Shown here piece by piece: positions 50,293-64,000 of a stretch of DNA of 64,000 nucleotides. The translations under genes and the position numbers were made by a program. Source of the stretch: the human T2T-CHM13v2.0 reference genome, Homo sapiens. The notes under the pieces were generated by a model. The model had not been told where the DNA came from, ran no database searches, and saw only the letters and a list, made by a program, of their open reading frames with translations. The DNA lies in assembly GCF_009914755.1 (NCBI RefSeq), contig NC_060929.1; one strand, 5' to 3'. The stretch's first letter is position 1; each line of letters starts with the position of its first letter.

Positions 50293-52944
50293 TAACAAAT
50301 AAGTGAAAGACTTGTAATCTGAAAGCAACAAAATATTGTTGGATTAATTTAAAACCTAAATAAACAGACATTTCATACATATTGATTAGAAGATTTAATA
50401 TGGTTAAGAGAGAAATATCTCCAAAATTGATTGACAAATTCAACAATATCTCTATAAAATTCCCAGCTACTTTTGTGAACAAATTGTAAGATGATGCAAA
50501 AGTAATATATAAATGTGAATAATCCATAATATTCAAAAATTATGATAAAGATGTGATATCACCAAGATGACAGGGTAGGAGATATCAGCTTTCATCCTGC
50601 CACAAAAAAAAATAGAAATAAAAAACAGACAGTTATTTACAAATCAAAATAGGCCAGAGAGGGCTCAAGGGCCCATTAGAAAATCTGCAGCAACACAGTG
50701 GAACAAAAAAAAAAAAAGAAAGAAAGAAAAGATGGAGAATATCCACATAGAAAGGATCTCTAGTGATACTGACATACATGGGAATAAGAAAGATGGAAGC
50801 TATTGGTATCAGCCATGTGATGGGAGCCACCATGCTCCCCAGCAACCTGCTACACAGAGGACACTGGCATCTCTTGTCACTGAGGTAACCAACAGCTAAT
50901 CCTGCCAGGAAATCCTAGAGAAGAAAACATGGCTGCACACCCATATTCCCCAAAGAAACAACTGCTTGGGAAAGGAGCCATTACCTAGCCCAACTCTTCA
51001 TGTACCCCAACCCTGTATACATGGCTACTCTCTGAGTCTCCAAAGTAAGGACCCATGCTCAGTGGCAACACTGGATGGATCCACGTTTCAGATATCAGAG
51101 CCAATGGCAGAGCAAGCTAGTTTTCACTCTGGGCCATGGAGCCAAGCACTTGCTGTGGGCACCAGCTCTGCTGCTATGGAGAGCTAGGCACCATATGCCC
51201 ATGCTCTGGGGCACCAGCTCTACTGCTATGGAGGGCTGGAACCTGCCGTAATCCCAGAGTCACTCTACCCTGTGCATTCCTGTGCTGTCATGCTTGGTTT
51301 CTCAGATAATTCACAAGAATCTGTACCTTGCATACTGTTACCAAAATGGAGGCAGGGGGTGCCTTCATCATGGGCACCAGTTCCCCAAATCTCAGAGCTA
51401 TAGTCCCTCCGTGTGTGCCCATGCTTCAGGCCTTAGCCCCATGGTCACTCCATAAACACCACCCATGAAATACCAGTGCCACAACCACTGCAAGCAAGCC
51501 TATAAGCCATACCCAGTGCCAATAAAAATTTCTTCACCCACAATTTTTCTGGTTGGAGATAGAGATATTGGGAAGATCTTTGCCAACAAAGAACCAGTGA
51601 CCCTTCCCACCATTGTAGATATCCACAGCACTAAACACTGAAGATGCCTATAATCTTCATCAACATGGACCTCAGCTTACAAAGCCACACAGATAATACA
51701 AAGCTGGCACTATTACTGGTTCTAGAATCACTATGCCCCAATAAGCAAGCAACCTTGCACTCCTTAAAGTCTTTTCACAATGAACCTAGCCCATAAAGTC
51801 TTCAAGAGGTGACTACTCTGCCAAATGCATAAATATAAATGTAAGGCAACAAGAAACATTTAAAAAGAGGACACATAATGCCACCAAAAGTACAAAATAA
51901 TCTCTCCATAGCTGACAGCAAAGAAATGGAGACATACAAATTTCCTGTCAAAGAATTAAAAACAATTGTTTTAAGGAAGCTCAGGGAAACTGAAGAAAAT
52001 ACAGAGAATTTACATGAATTCAGGATATCAATCAATGCCTGAAGTGAAAAATTTACCAGAGAGATTGGAAATTTTTTTTTAATTCTTCAGTTCAAAAATA
52101 TAATGAATGAAATGAAAAATACAGTAGAGAACATCAACAGCAGAATGATCAATCTTTCAACTTGAGGACAGGTTATTTGAAAATACATAGTAAGAACAGA
52201 AAAAAGAAATAAGAATAAAAAGGAATAAAGGAAGATCACAGGATTTACAGAACAGTATCAAAAGAGCAAATATTTGAGTTGCAGAAAGTCAAAAAAGAGA
52301 AGAGACAATGGAATAGCAAGTTTATTTAAAGAATTTAAAAGCAGAATCCTTTTCAAATCTGGGAAAAGATCTAAGTGTCCACATACATGAAGGTTAAAGG
52401 TCTCTAACCAAATTTAACCAAAACAAGACTACATTGCCATAATCAGACTTCAAAAATAAAATACAATGTGAGGATCCTGAAAGCAGCAAGAAAATAGAAG
52501 TAAATTATAAAGACGGGAATTTCAGAAGGCTATCATAAGATTTCTCATCAGAAAGCTTATAAGGCCAAGAGACAGTGTGATGATATATTCAACATGCCAA
52601 AAAACAAACTACCAACGAATAATTTTGTAACTAGAAAAGCTGTCCCTCAGAAATTAAAGATACATAAAACAAAAGCTGAAGGAGTTCATTACCACCAGAC
52701 TTGTCTTCCAACAAATACTAACAAATTATTCAAGCTAAAAGAAAAGGTTGCTAATTGGTAATAGAAAAACATTTGAAAGTATAAAACTTACTGGTAAAAG
52801 AAAATACACTATCAAATTTAGAACACTCTAATACTGTAATGGTGGCATGAAAACTATTTATCTCTTTAGTATAAAGGTTAAAAGACAAATCTATTAAAAA
52901 TAATAAATTGTAATTTTCCCAATACAAAGAAAAGATAAATGTTT

Positions 52945-53159
52945 GAGGGGAAGGATATACGGATTACCCATCCACCATGTGAGGACAAGGCAACAAGGAA
53001 CCATCTATAAGGCAGAGAGTAAAACCCTACTGGAAACAAATTTCTGCTATGCCTTCACCTTGGACTTCCCAGCTACCATAACTATGAGAAACAAATGTCT
53101 GTTGTTTATAAAATACCCAGCCTAAGATATTTTCTTATACCAGCCCAAAAGGACTAAGA
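52945..53159 (+). mobile_element. MST/MLT1A-type LTR 3' half in the L1 inter-ORF region
   Basis: ccaccatgtgaggac...ccttggacttcccagc...ggactaaga. Confidence 0.8.
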
Positions 53160-56100
53160 AGGGAATGTAAAGCAAAAATGCATCATGTTTATTATGCAAT
53201 CAAAATTAAGTTGTTATCAGCTTAAAATAACCTGTTATAAGATATTTTATCCAAGCCACATGGTCACCACGAAACCAAAACCTACAGTAAATACACAAAA
53301 GATAAACAGTAAGGAATCAGTGAATTCTACTAGAGAAAGTAATCTAATCACAAAGAAAACCATCGAGAGGGAAAGAAGGAAACAAAGGTCCTACACAACA
53401 ACCAGAAAACAATTAACAAAGTAGCAGTTGTAAGTCCTTACCTATCAAATATTACCTTGAATGTTAATGGATTAAAATTTCCAATTAAAAAACAGTGGCT
53501 GAATAAATGGAAAAAATAAAGGTAAAGCAAAGAAAGCAAAGCAAAACAAAAGAAGTGACTCACTTGCTGCCTACAAGAGACTCACTTCACCTTTAAGGAC
53601 ACACAAAGACTGAAGTGAAAGAATGCAAAATGATATTCATTGCAAATTAAAATAAAAAAGAACATGGCTAGCTACAGTTCGACAAAATGGACTTTAGGCC
53701 AACAACTGTACTAAGGGAAAAAAAAAGGGCCATTATATAATGATAATGAAATAAATTCTTGAAAACTGTATAACAAATGTAAATATATATGCACTCAATA
53801 TTGGAGGAGCTAAATATATAAAGCAGATATTAATAGAACTGAAGAAAAAGATAGACTGTGATAAAATAGTGTGGGGCTTCAGAACTTAACTTCCAATAGT
53901 GGACAGATGATCCAGAGAAAAAATTAATATGCAAAGATTTGAATTGAACTGCACTCTAGGCAAAATGGGCTTAATAGAAATATACAGACATATCATCCAA
54001 TAGCAGCAAAACAAACATTCTTCTCAAGCACACATGGAACGATCTCTGTGGCAGATCATATGTTAGGCCACAAAATATCTTTTAACAAATTGAAGAAGAC
54101 TAATAGTATATTAAGTATTTTTTGATAACTGAAATGAAATTAGAAATCACTAATAGAAGAAAATTTGAAAAAGTCACAAACGTGGAAATTAAACATGCTT
54201 CTAAAGAACCAATAGGTCAGATAGGAAATTAAAGGGAAATTTTAAAATACCTCAAGACAAATGAAAATGGAAACATAGCATAACAAAACTTACAGAATGC
54301 TGCAAAAGCAGTCTTAAGATGGAACTTTACAACAATAAATGTCTACATAAAAAAGAAAATTCCCAAATAAAATCCTAATATTGTCCCTCAAGAAACCAGA
54401 AACTAGAAAAAATACTATAGTAAGCCAAAAGTTAATAGAAGAAAGGGAATAATAAAGATCAGAGCACTGATAAATAAAATAGAGAACAGAAAAACAATGG
54501 AGAGGATTAAGAAAATGAAAAGTTGGGTTTTTTCCTGAAAAGATAAATAAAATCCACCTAACTTTAGCTAGATTAAGAAAACAAGAGAAAAGAACAGAAA
54601 GGAAAGAGGACACATTACAACTAATATAACAGAAATAAAAGAATAAGAGACTACTATGAATAATTATATGCCAATGAATTGGATAATCTGTAATAAATAG
54701 TTAAATTTTTAAACACATACAATCTAACAAGACTAAGTCAAGAAAACATAAAAAATCTGAACAGCCCAATAGCAAGTAAAGACATTGAAGAACTAACCAA
54801 ACATCTCCAAGCAAAGAAAATCGTAGTACTAGACAGCTTCACTGCTGAATTCTACCAAACATTTAAAATCAATTAAAGACAATTATTTTCACTCTTCCAA
54901 AAAAGTTAGAGGAAAGAACATTTCCAAATTCATGTTACGAGGTGAGCATTACTCTAATATCGAAACCATAAAAAGATGCTACAAGAAAAGTACAGGCAAA
55001 TATTCCCAATGAACAAAAATGCAAAAATCCTCAACAACAACAACAAAATTAGCAAACTGAATTCAGCAGCTCAGTAAAAAAATCATAAACAATGATCAAG
55101 TGGAATTTATCCCCGTGATAGAGGATTTTTTTAACATATACAAATCAATAAAATATGATATGCCATATTAACAGAATCAAAGATAAACATCATGAAAATC
55201 TCAATATATGCAGAAAATTCATTATTTTATGAAAAAACTCTCAACCAATTAGAATTAGAAGGAATGGACTTAATTATTATAAAGTCTATATACAACAATC
55301 CCATAGCTAACCATATTCATCAGTGAAAAATAAAATTTTTTCTTTAAGATCAACATGATGAACATGCCTACTCACCACTTCTATTCATCATGGTACCGGA
55401 ATTGCTAGTCAGAGTAGTTAAGCAAGAGGAAGAGAAAAAGGCATCTAAATTAGGAAAACAAAAGAAGTTAAATTGTATCTATTTGGCAGAGGTCAAAATC
55501 TTATATATAGAAAACCCTAAAGACTACCAAAACTCCTTATAACTAATAGACAAATTCAGTAAATTTGCAGAATACAAAATCAAGAGAAAAATCAGTAAGC
55601 TTTCTATAAACTGACAATGAAGTGTCCAAAAATTCAAGAAAATAATCCATTCTCAAAATGTACAAAACTATAAAATACTTAGAAATATACTCACTTAAGG
55701 GAGTGAAACATATATACACTGAAAACAATAAAACATTGACGAAAGAAATTGAAGACACAAATAAATGGAAAGGTATTCCATGTTCATAGGTAAGAAGAAT
55801 TTGTGTTGTTAAAATGCCCATACCACCCAAGACAATTCGAGGTTCAGTGGAGTTCTTATCAAAATTCCAATGACATTTTTCACTGAAACTGAAAAAAAAA
55901 AATCTGAAATTCATGTGGAACCACAAAAGGCCCAGAATAGATAAAGCAATCTTGTGCCAAAGGAACAAGGCTGGGGCTACCATATTACATGATTTGAAGA
56001 TTTAGTATGAAGCTACAGTAATCAAAACCTAGTACTAGCATAAAAATGGGCATTAAGACCAATAAAACAGAATAGAGGTTCAGAAATAAATCCATGCATT

Positions 56101-57397
56101 TATAGTCCATAATTTTTGACAGAGATGCCAAGAACATACAAGGGGGAAAGGAAAATCTCTTTAATAGAGAGTGCTGGAAAAACTGGATATCCACACGTAG
56201 AAGAATGAAATTAGATGCTAATATCAGACTATATGCAAAAATCAATTCCAAATGAATTAAAGCCTTAAACGTAAGACTTGAAACTGTGAAATTACTAAAA
56301 GAAAACATAGAGGAAGAGCTCCATGACATTGTGCTGGGCAATAAGCTTTTGTTTTTGGAGAGGAACCCAAAAGCACAGGCAATACAATCAAAAATAAACA
56401 AATAGGATTACATACAGCTTAAAAGGTTCTGTGTAGCAGAGGAAACAGCCAACAGAATGAAGAGACAATATATGGAATAGGATAATGTATTTGCAAACCA
56501 TACATCTGATAATGGGTTAATATGCAAAATACATAAAGATTTCAAACAAGTCAATAGTTAGAAAACAAGTAACCCAATTAAAAAATGGTCAAAAAACTGT
56601 ATAGACATTTCTCAAAAGAAGACATGCAAATTGTCAACAAGTATGTGACAAAAGGGAAATGCACACCAAAACCACAATGAGGCATTTTCTCATACATATT
56701 AGAATTCCTATTATCAAAAAGAAAAATAATAACAAGTGTGGAAAAAATGTTTAGAAAGGGTAACATTTGTACACTGTTGGAGGGAAAATAAATTAGTATA
56801 GCCATTATACTACATATTAAAAAACAGTATGTAGGTTCTTCAGAAAATTAAAAATAGAATTATCATATGATCCAGCAATCCTACTACTGAGTACATATTC
56901 AAAGGAAATGAATTGCATATATCAAAGAGACATCTGCACTTGTGAAATATGCAGATGTTCATTGCAGCATTATTCATAATAGCCAAACATGGAATCAACT
57001 TCAGTCTCCAGCAGCGGATAATGAGAAAGTGAAAATGTTATGTATATAAACAGTGGAAAACTATTCAGTCTGATAAAAAGGAAGAAATCTTTTCATTTTT
57101 AACAACATGGATAAACCTGGAGAAAATTATGCTAAGCAAAATAATCAGGCACAGAAAGACAAATACTACATGATCTCATTTATAAATAGAGCATAAAGAA
57201 GTCAGACTCAGCACCAGAGAGTAAGATTGAATTACTAGAGTCTAGCTTGTGGGGAAAATAAGTAGATGTTGGTTAAAGGACACAAAATTTTTGTTAAGCA
57301 GGATGAATAAGTTCAGGAGATGTATTATACATAATAGTGACTACAGTTAAGAACGATATACTGCACATTTGAAAATTGCTTACAGAGTAGATCCTAC

Positions 57398-57718
57398 TTT
57401 ATTATTATTTATTTACTTATTTATTTAGAGACAGGGCCTTACTTGGTCACCCAGGCTGGAGCACAGTGGCATTATCACAGCTCACTGCAGCCTTGACCTC
57501 CTGGGTTCAAGTGATCCTCTCACTTCAGCCTACTGAGTAGCTGGGACTGCAAGCACATGCCACCACACCCAGCTAATTAAAAAAAAAAAAATCTTTTGTA
57601 CAGATAGGGTCTTGCTCTGCTGCCCAGGCTGGTCTCAAACTCCTGGGCTCAAGCAATCCTCCTGCCTCAACCTCCGAAAGTGCTGGAATTACAGACCTAA
57701 GCCACCGTGCCCTGCCTG
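57398..57718 (-). mobile_element. AluJ in the L1MA 3' UTR
   Basis: acagctcactgcagccttgacctcctggg, with gagtagat repeated on both flanks. Confidence 0.92.
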
Positions 57719-57889
57719 GAGTAGATTTTAAATGTTCTCACCACATACAAAAATGATAAGTACCTAATGATAGGTAATACATATGTTAAATGTCTTGATT
57801 TAGCCATTTCATATTTATGTATATTTTAAAACATCATCTTGTACATGATAAATATATATAACTTTTACCTATAAAAAAGCAAAAAAAAA

Positions 57890-60180
57890 TAAAGATCTAA
57901 ATATCTAGATTCATACTTTCTGTTTTCAAAACTTAACCCAAGTCTCCTGCAATCAATACAGTGTGATATTGGCGATAGGATAGATATAAAGATTAACAGG
58001 AAAAACATTCAAGGTTTATAAATAAATCCTTACATTTATGTTCAATTGACTTTTTATAAATAGTACCGGAACAATTGGATATCCATATGCAAAATAATAA
58101 AGTGTCACTTTCCTCACTCTCTAAATAAACATTGATTCTAAATAAATCTAAACCTAAATACCAACGCAAAATCTATGAAAATTTAAAATAAATATAATAT
58201 CTCTGTGACATGTCAAGCAAACTCCTCCTAGATATCAAATCCAAACCACAAGTAGCAAAAAATGAAAATAACTTGGCTTAACTGAAATTAAAAACTTTTG
58301 TGCTACAAACAATACCATCAACAATTTGAAAATATGATTCACAGAATTTGCAATTCATATAAGAGATTTATTTCCAGAATATATAAAGATACTTACACTA
58401 AATTTTAATTCAAATAACACAATTACAAAATGGACAAGGGATCTTCATAGAATTCTTTACAAGTATATATATATATATAATATATATATATATATATCCA
58501 GTAAACACCTATAAAGGTGCTGAACACTATTATTCATTAGGGAAATGCAAATCAAAACCACCATTGGATGCAATGCTGGTTCAGTATTCAAAATCTATTA
58601 ATGCGATTCATCATATAAATGATTAAAAAAAACCATATGATCATAAAAAAAGGCTCAGAAAAACCATTTGACAAATTCAACACTGATTCTTGACAAAATT
58701 TTTCAAAAATAGAAACAGAGGGGTGTAATAAAGGAAATCTATCAAAAAGAAAAAAAAAACCCCTATAGCTAACACATTTTGTTTAGCAAGGCTGATTGCT
58801 TTCTCTTAAGGTTGGAAATAAAGCAGTCTGTTCTCACAATCTTATTCAATATAGTATTGGAATTTCTAACCAGTGAAATATGGAGAGAAAAGGTAATAAA
58901 TATCATAAACATCAGAAGGAAATGTAACTATCCCTTCTTGCATATGGCATGACAGTCTACATAAAAAAAAAAAAAGAATCAAACAAAACATCCTAAAAGT
59001 GAGCTCAGGAAGTTTGAAAGATAAGAGAGAACACAAAAACTCAATTCTATTTCTTTCTACTAACAATGAACAAGTAAGGAATAAAATTTAAAATACAATA
59101 TCATTTATAATTGCACAAAAGATGGAATATTTAAGTTTAAATCTAAAAAAGAAGATTCATGGTTTGTATGCTGAAAACTATAAAATAAGTCAAGAAAATT
59201 TTTTAATGGAGAGCGATAAAATGGACTGCAAATCTCAACATAGTAAATAATTCAGTTCTCCCCCTATTGATATATAGAGTAAGCAAGATTCCCAACTCAA
59301 CAAAAATATTTGCAAATATAGAAAATATTATTCTAAAAATTGTATAAAAAACAATAGAGCTAAAATAGTGTTTTTACAAATGAAGAATAATGTGGAAAAA
59401 TAATTCTAGATGTCAAGATTTAGCATATAGCCATAGTGGTTTCCAGGTTTAACATATAGCCATATTAGTCAGGTCTGTGTGGTATTGGCAGAGGAATAAA
59501 TATATGGAACAATACAGGAACTAGATAACCAAGAAACAGACCCACACAAATAACGTGGAACTGATATTTCACAAAGTTGACAAAGCAATGCAGTGGAAAA
59601 AAGATAGCTTTTTCAAAAATGGTGCTGGAGCAATTAGACATCCATAATAAATTAAAAAAATAAAAATAAAAGTTAACCTCGACTTAAGTCTCACACTATG
59701 AAATTTAACTCAGAATAGATCATGGACTTAAATGTGGAAAGTAAAGTAATACTTGTTTAAATAAATTACACATAGAAGAAAATGTTTAGGATCCATGATT
59801 AAACAACCAAAAACATGATTTGTAAAAGGAAAACTGATAAATTGGACTTCATAAAAAATAAAAAAAATGCTCTCTGAAATACCTTGTTACGATGAATAGA
59901 AGGAAAACTACACACTGGGAAAAAAATTTGTGCAGTTGTATTGCCAAAGAGCTAGTATCTGAAATAGATCAAGAACTTTCAAAACTCACCAATATAAAAC
60001 GAACAAACAAGCAAACAATCCAACTGGAAAATCACCAAAAGACATGAGCAGATATTTCACTGAAGAAGATGTACAGACAGCAAATAAGCACATAAAAAAT
60101 GTTCAACATCATTAGTCAAAAGGTAAATAGAAATTAAAACCACAATAAGATATCACTACACACCTATCAGAATGACCAAA
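57890..60180 (+). mobile_element. Old L1M ORF2 fragments (host continuation to ~58560, second L1MC/MD-like element from ~58565)
   Basis: attagggaaatgcaaatcaaaacca near 58540, then a jump back to the RT region (gatgcaatgctggttca). Confidence 0.75.
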
Positions 60181-60235
60181 TAGATAGACAGATAGATTGA
60201 TGATAAACAGATAACTGATAGATAGATGTAGATAT
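60180..60235. repeat. Degenerate (GATA)n
   Basis: Seen directly. Confidence 0.85.
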
Positions 60236-60247
60236 AGTGATAACATC

Positions 60248-61010
60248 TGTAATACTATGATATCATAATAGACATGTATTTTTTCTTTATCCCTAGTTCC
60301 TGGCACAGAGCTCCTAAAATCCCTGGAATTTCTGAGTAATAGGTATAAGTAAAACATATTTTGCTATTCACAGTAAGCCCCTTTCAAATATTCTTGAGCC
60401 TATGCAAATGAAGTGACTCTTGATGGGGCTCCAGATAGCTTCAGGATGAGGCCTGGTTGCCAGAGGAAGCAACCATGTGATCCAGAGTTGGAATTTTCAG
60501 CCCCATTCATCTAACATCTGGGGAGGGGTGAAGGACTGGAGATTGAACTAATCACTAATAGTAAATGATTCAATCACTAATGTCTACATAAAAGAATCTT
60601 CATTAAAACTCTAATTTTGTATTATGTTCTTTATAATAAACCACTAAATATGAATAAATGTTTTCCTGAGTTTTGCAAGCCATTCTAGGAAATTATCAAG
60701 CCTGTGGAAGGGATTTTGTGACTACCCAAATATGTGCTTGGTTGGTCAGAAGTATGGATGGACCAGGCTTGCAACTGGAATGTTTACTGAGGGTAATCTT
60801 GTGGAGCTGAGTCCTTAACCTGTGGAGTCTATTTTAACTCTAGGTAGGTAGTTTAAGATTGAATTGAATTGAATTGAATTGAATTATTGGACTCAATAGA
60901 ATCACCCAGTTGATGTGTCAAAAGTTGGAGAATTGGTTGCAGGTGAGAAATTTAAAAAACACACTTTTGATTCAGAAGTATTGGAAATAGAGGTAGAAGA
61001 ACTGTTTTTT
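60248..61010 (+). mobile_element. MER21-like LTR with an internal (TTGAA)n at ~60859-60884
   Basis: gttcctggcacagagctcctaaaatccctggaatttc, ggttgccagagg, aatcacccagttgatgtg. Confidence 0.85.
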
Positions 61011-61059
61011 GTTGCTGTTGCTTTGGTTTTTTTTGTTGTTGTTGTTGCTGTTGTTGTTG

Positions 61060-61530
61060 TTTTTTACACCAAATGTTGGCAAGGATGCAAAGAAAGTAGC
61101 TCATTCATACTTTTCTAGTGGCAAATAAAATGGCATGGCCAATCTGGAAATACTTTGGCATTAAAAAAAAATCTAAACTAAACATGAAACTACCATATGA
61201 CTTCAGTAGTTGCAACCTTGTGCATTTATCCCAAAGAAATGAACATGTACTTTACATGCACACAAGCACACACACTCACACACACAAACTATATAAGAAT
61301 ATTAATAGCAGCTTTATTTGTAATTGCAAAAAAAATGGTGAAAAAAGATGCCTTTCAATGGGTGAATGGTTAAACTATGATACATTTACATTTATACCAT
61401 AGGATATCAGTAAGAAATTTAAAAAAGATGAACTACAGGTATATGCAACAATCTGCTCGAACCTTCAGAGAATTTTGGCGAATGAAATAAATTTCATTGG
61501 CTATATACTATATGACATTTATATGACATT
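61060..61530 (+). mobile_element. L1M 3' end (continuation after MER21)
   Basis: caccaaatgttggcaaggatgc, atttatcccaaagaaatgaa, agcagctttatttgtaattgc. Confidence 0.75.
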
Positions 61531-61934
61531 CCATCCATTGATTTTCATAAGAATAGACTGGAAGAGCACAATATTCTTCTGTTCATTTTATTATGATCTC
61601 TGTTTACAGATAGTATTGCCTTGAGGAGGAACATGGTTAGCTAGGCATCCTTGAAATCACTGAGTGCCTGATGTTGTTCAGGAAAAAAATAATCAAAGAG
61701 AAGTAAGTGAAACAGTAGTTAGCTCAGTCATTTTGATCAGACAGAACAGGAGTTTAAGTTTCTGCTTTTCACTGCTCTCCACTATTTCCAATGCTCCCAT
61801 TTCATACACACACACACACCCCTTTCATATCTGCTATGCTTAGTAAGAGATACTCTCCTGGTTGATATAACTCAGATATGAAAATGTACTTGTAGTTAAT
61901 TTGTATAAGTTTATGTTGTCTTGGCTTCAATTTA

Positions 61935-62435
61935 AATATGTCTGGCTTTCTCGTGCCAGAAACGGGTTCAGTCATGCTTCACATAGTTTTCAGTTCTACA
62001 CTCCTTCCACTTCCTCAGTGTGGTCAATCCAGATATCTACCTTATACAACTTCCTCCTGGTGACCAACTCACTGCAGGACAACTGCTTATAGCCGACTTC
62101 ACTGGTTCCAGTGACTCTCATACTCTATATAGTCTATGAAGATATGCCACAACAACTAACTCTCAGTAACAGCATGACCCACTGGAACTCATGACTGCTT
62201 GCTTTAAACCACAATTAAAACTCCCTATAGGAAACCTGTTTGCAAAACACCCTGGACCCAATAAAGTGCCCCTTTCTCTCTGTACATGTTCCCTGACCTC
62301 CGTGTGTTTGGGGCCTCCTGAGATGGTGTGTAGCTCCTGGAATTTGGAAGTATTAAAATCTTTATTTCCATCTTGTGTTTCTTCTATTCATAGGAGGGAT
62401 GTTCTCCATCTTAAAAATCCTAAATCAAAACTATG
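61935..62435 (+). mobile_element. Probable ERVL-class LTR (family uncertain)
   Basis: LTR-like composition, ggacccaataaag and attaaaatctttattt motifs. Confidence 0.5.
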
Positions 62436-62619
62436 TAATCAAACAAGGGGCTCACTTAAAAAAAAATCAATTATCAAAATGGCTCAAAAACCAAGTGTGT
62501 GTTTCTTCAGGGTAAAGTTTTCTCTTAAACTTAGAATAATTTTTCCTGAAGTCTACTTAATGTAAACCTATGTAATAAAATGTTTGTGTTAAAAAGTTTA
62601 TTGAAGAAAATACTGACAT

Positions 62620-62840
62620 AGAACTCAGTAAGTTTCTGTCAATCTGCTAAACACTTTAATAATGTTATTCTCATACCAAATCTATGAGGTAGGCCCTATT
62701 TTATCCTCATTTTATAAATGAGAAAATTGATGCAGAGAGAAGTTAAGTAACTTATCCAAGTCTTTCAAGTAGTGAGATGTAGAAATGAGATTTTATCCAG
62801 GTTGTCAGGCTTCATTATCTGTTCCTTAAACCACTTCATT
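62620..62840 (-). mobile_element. MIR
   Basis: ctatgaggtagg...attttataaatgagaaaattgatgcagagagaagttaagtaacttatccaag core. Confidence 0.85.
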
Positions 62841-63034
62841 AAATTGATTGGAAATTCACTGTGGGTAATAAGGAGACGAATATATCTGTCCTTTATCATA
62901 TTTAGTTGCTTTAAATTTAAAAATTCTAAAAACAATAACCACCAAAAATTTTATTAGATTCCAAAATACTGTTACATGGTACATACAATGACTCATATTT
63001 TGGCTTAGAGATTGTCCTCCTTATAATTTCATAT

Positions 63035-63270
63035 CAATAATAACAGTACAGCAACAGTTCATCATCGAGTACCTATTATATGCAAAACATGTTCTAGACA
63101 CATCACATACATTATCTCTTTAATCTCCATCATAAATGCATGAGGTAATTATTAATACCTCTACTTTATCTCTTAGTAAATTGAGATGAAATAAATGTAT
63201 CTGGAAATTAAACCCAATTCTGCCTTATTTCAAAGCTCACGTGCTTTTCTTTATAATACATGCATTAAAC
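63035..63270 (-). mobile_element. MIR
   Basis: gagtacctattatatgc...attatctctttaatctc...atgaggtaattatta. Confidence 0.65.
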
Positions 63271-63461
63271 CTTCCACAAGCAATGATTCTGATGGTTCTA
63301 CTTTGTTATTTGGAAAACTAGAAGCAGAAAATATTCACATACATTTTTCATTTTTGAATAATCTCTTTATATCTTATTTTGAATAAGGCCTACCAATAGT
63401 TCTTGCACTTAAATCTACATACTTCTGATCAGAAAAAAATGTATATATTTCATTTGTTACT

Positions 63462-64000
63462 ATGTGGAGGCAAACGTGACTCCAACTTGGATGTTAATCT
63501 ACCATGTTGGTTTCTGATGAATCTCAGTTCTGGGATTGCCACCTATTTGCCCCTAGTGTAAGAACATGTAGTTACCATAAATCTTGGCCTTAGATTATAG
63601 TAACTGTGATGTTATCACACAAATTACAGTGACATGCATAGCATTCTTGCCTGTTCTGGAGAGTTTCCTTGAATTGTGTCTATAAAAAATATACACTCTT
63701 CCCTATGGTATATAAGTCCTGGGTCTAGAGGACAATGGTGCAGAAATCTATCTGTCTTACTGCCACCTAAGACTACACACCTTTCTATAAGTTCCCCAGT
63801 AGATCACCCTATACTGAAAAACTAAATTTGTCCCTCTCATTCTGTGATTTCTCAGCTTCTTCTGTGTTTGAGTGTCATTTTGTATATACTGCCTTTTCAT
63901 GGGAGAGTTAGTGAGCTAGTCGAAGGAGTCCAAGAACCAAAATATGGGCAAAGGGAAGCACACATTAGCAGGGAGAATCCTGAGGTGGCCCTCCTTATCC
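63462..64000 (+). mobile_element. LTR47-like ERVL LTR (~63462-63906), then probable start of the internal region, running off the window
   Basis: TGtggaggcaaacgtgactccaacttggatg start and tataag TATA-like box. A PBS-like tagtgagctagtc follows the LTR. Confidence 0.7.

Larger units (their letters stand above)
50556..57890 (+). mobile_element. Near-full-length (~7.3 kb with nested inserts) decayed L1MA6-8-like element
   Basis: ccaagatg 5' end, GC-richer 5' UTR, ORF1 remnant ~51830-52750, ORF2 remnant from attaccttgaatgttaatgga (~53450), L1MA 3' UTR, A tail. Confidence 0.85.

Noticed and set aside
59419-59470. Small tandem duplications (also 31321-31357)
   Set aside because: Ordinary 20-30 bp slippage duplications with no further structure.

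Overview
AT-rich, CpG-depleted primate genomic DNA. AluY-like, L1PA2/3-like and THE1 copies point to a catarrhine, probably hominoid, genome. Most of the window is transposable-element relics: L1 of many ages, L2, MIR, Alu, MaLR/ERV LTRs, a MER30 DNA transposon and a 7SL processed pseudogene. No intact protein-coding gene, tRNA, rRNA or CRISPR array is supported, and all long ORFs are broken L1 or THE1 ORFs. I found no evidence of a new biological system. The most unusual items are: (1) a 125-bp, 97.6%-identical local inverted duplication inserted into a (TA)n tract; (2) non-consensus variants shared between neighbouring L1PA copies 18-32 kb apart; (3) a THE1 provirus lacking its whole 5' LTR but apparently keeping a target-site duplication (TSD); (4) three, possibly four, 5'-inverted (twin-primed) L1s; (5) three short, phase-0, + strand exon candidates that all end in TTG|GTAA. 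Subfamily names come from my recall of consensus sequences, not from a database search.
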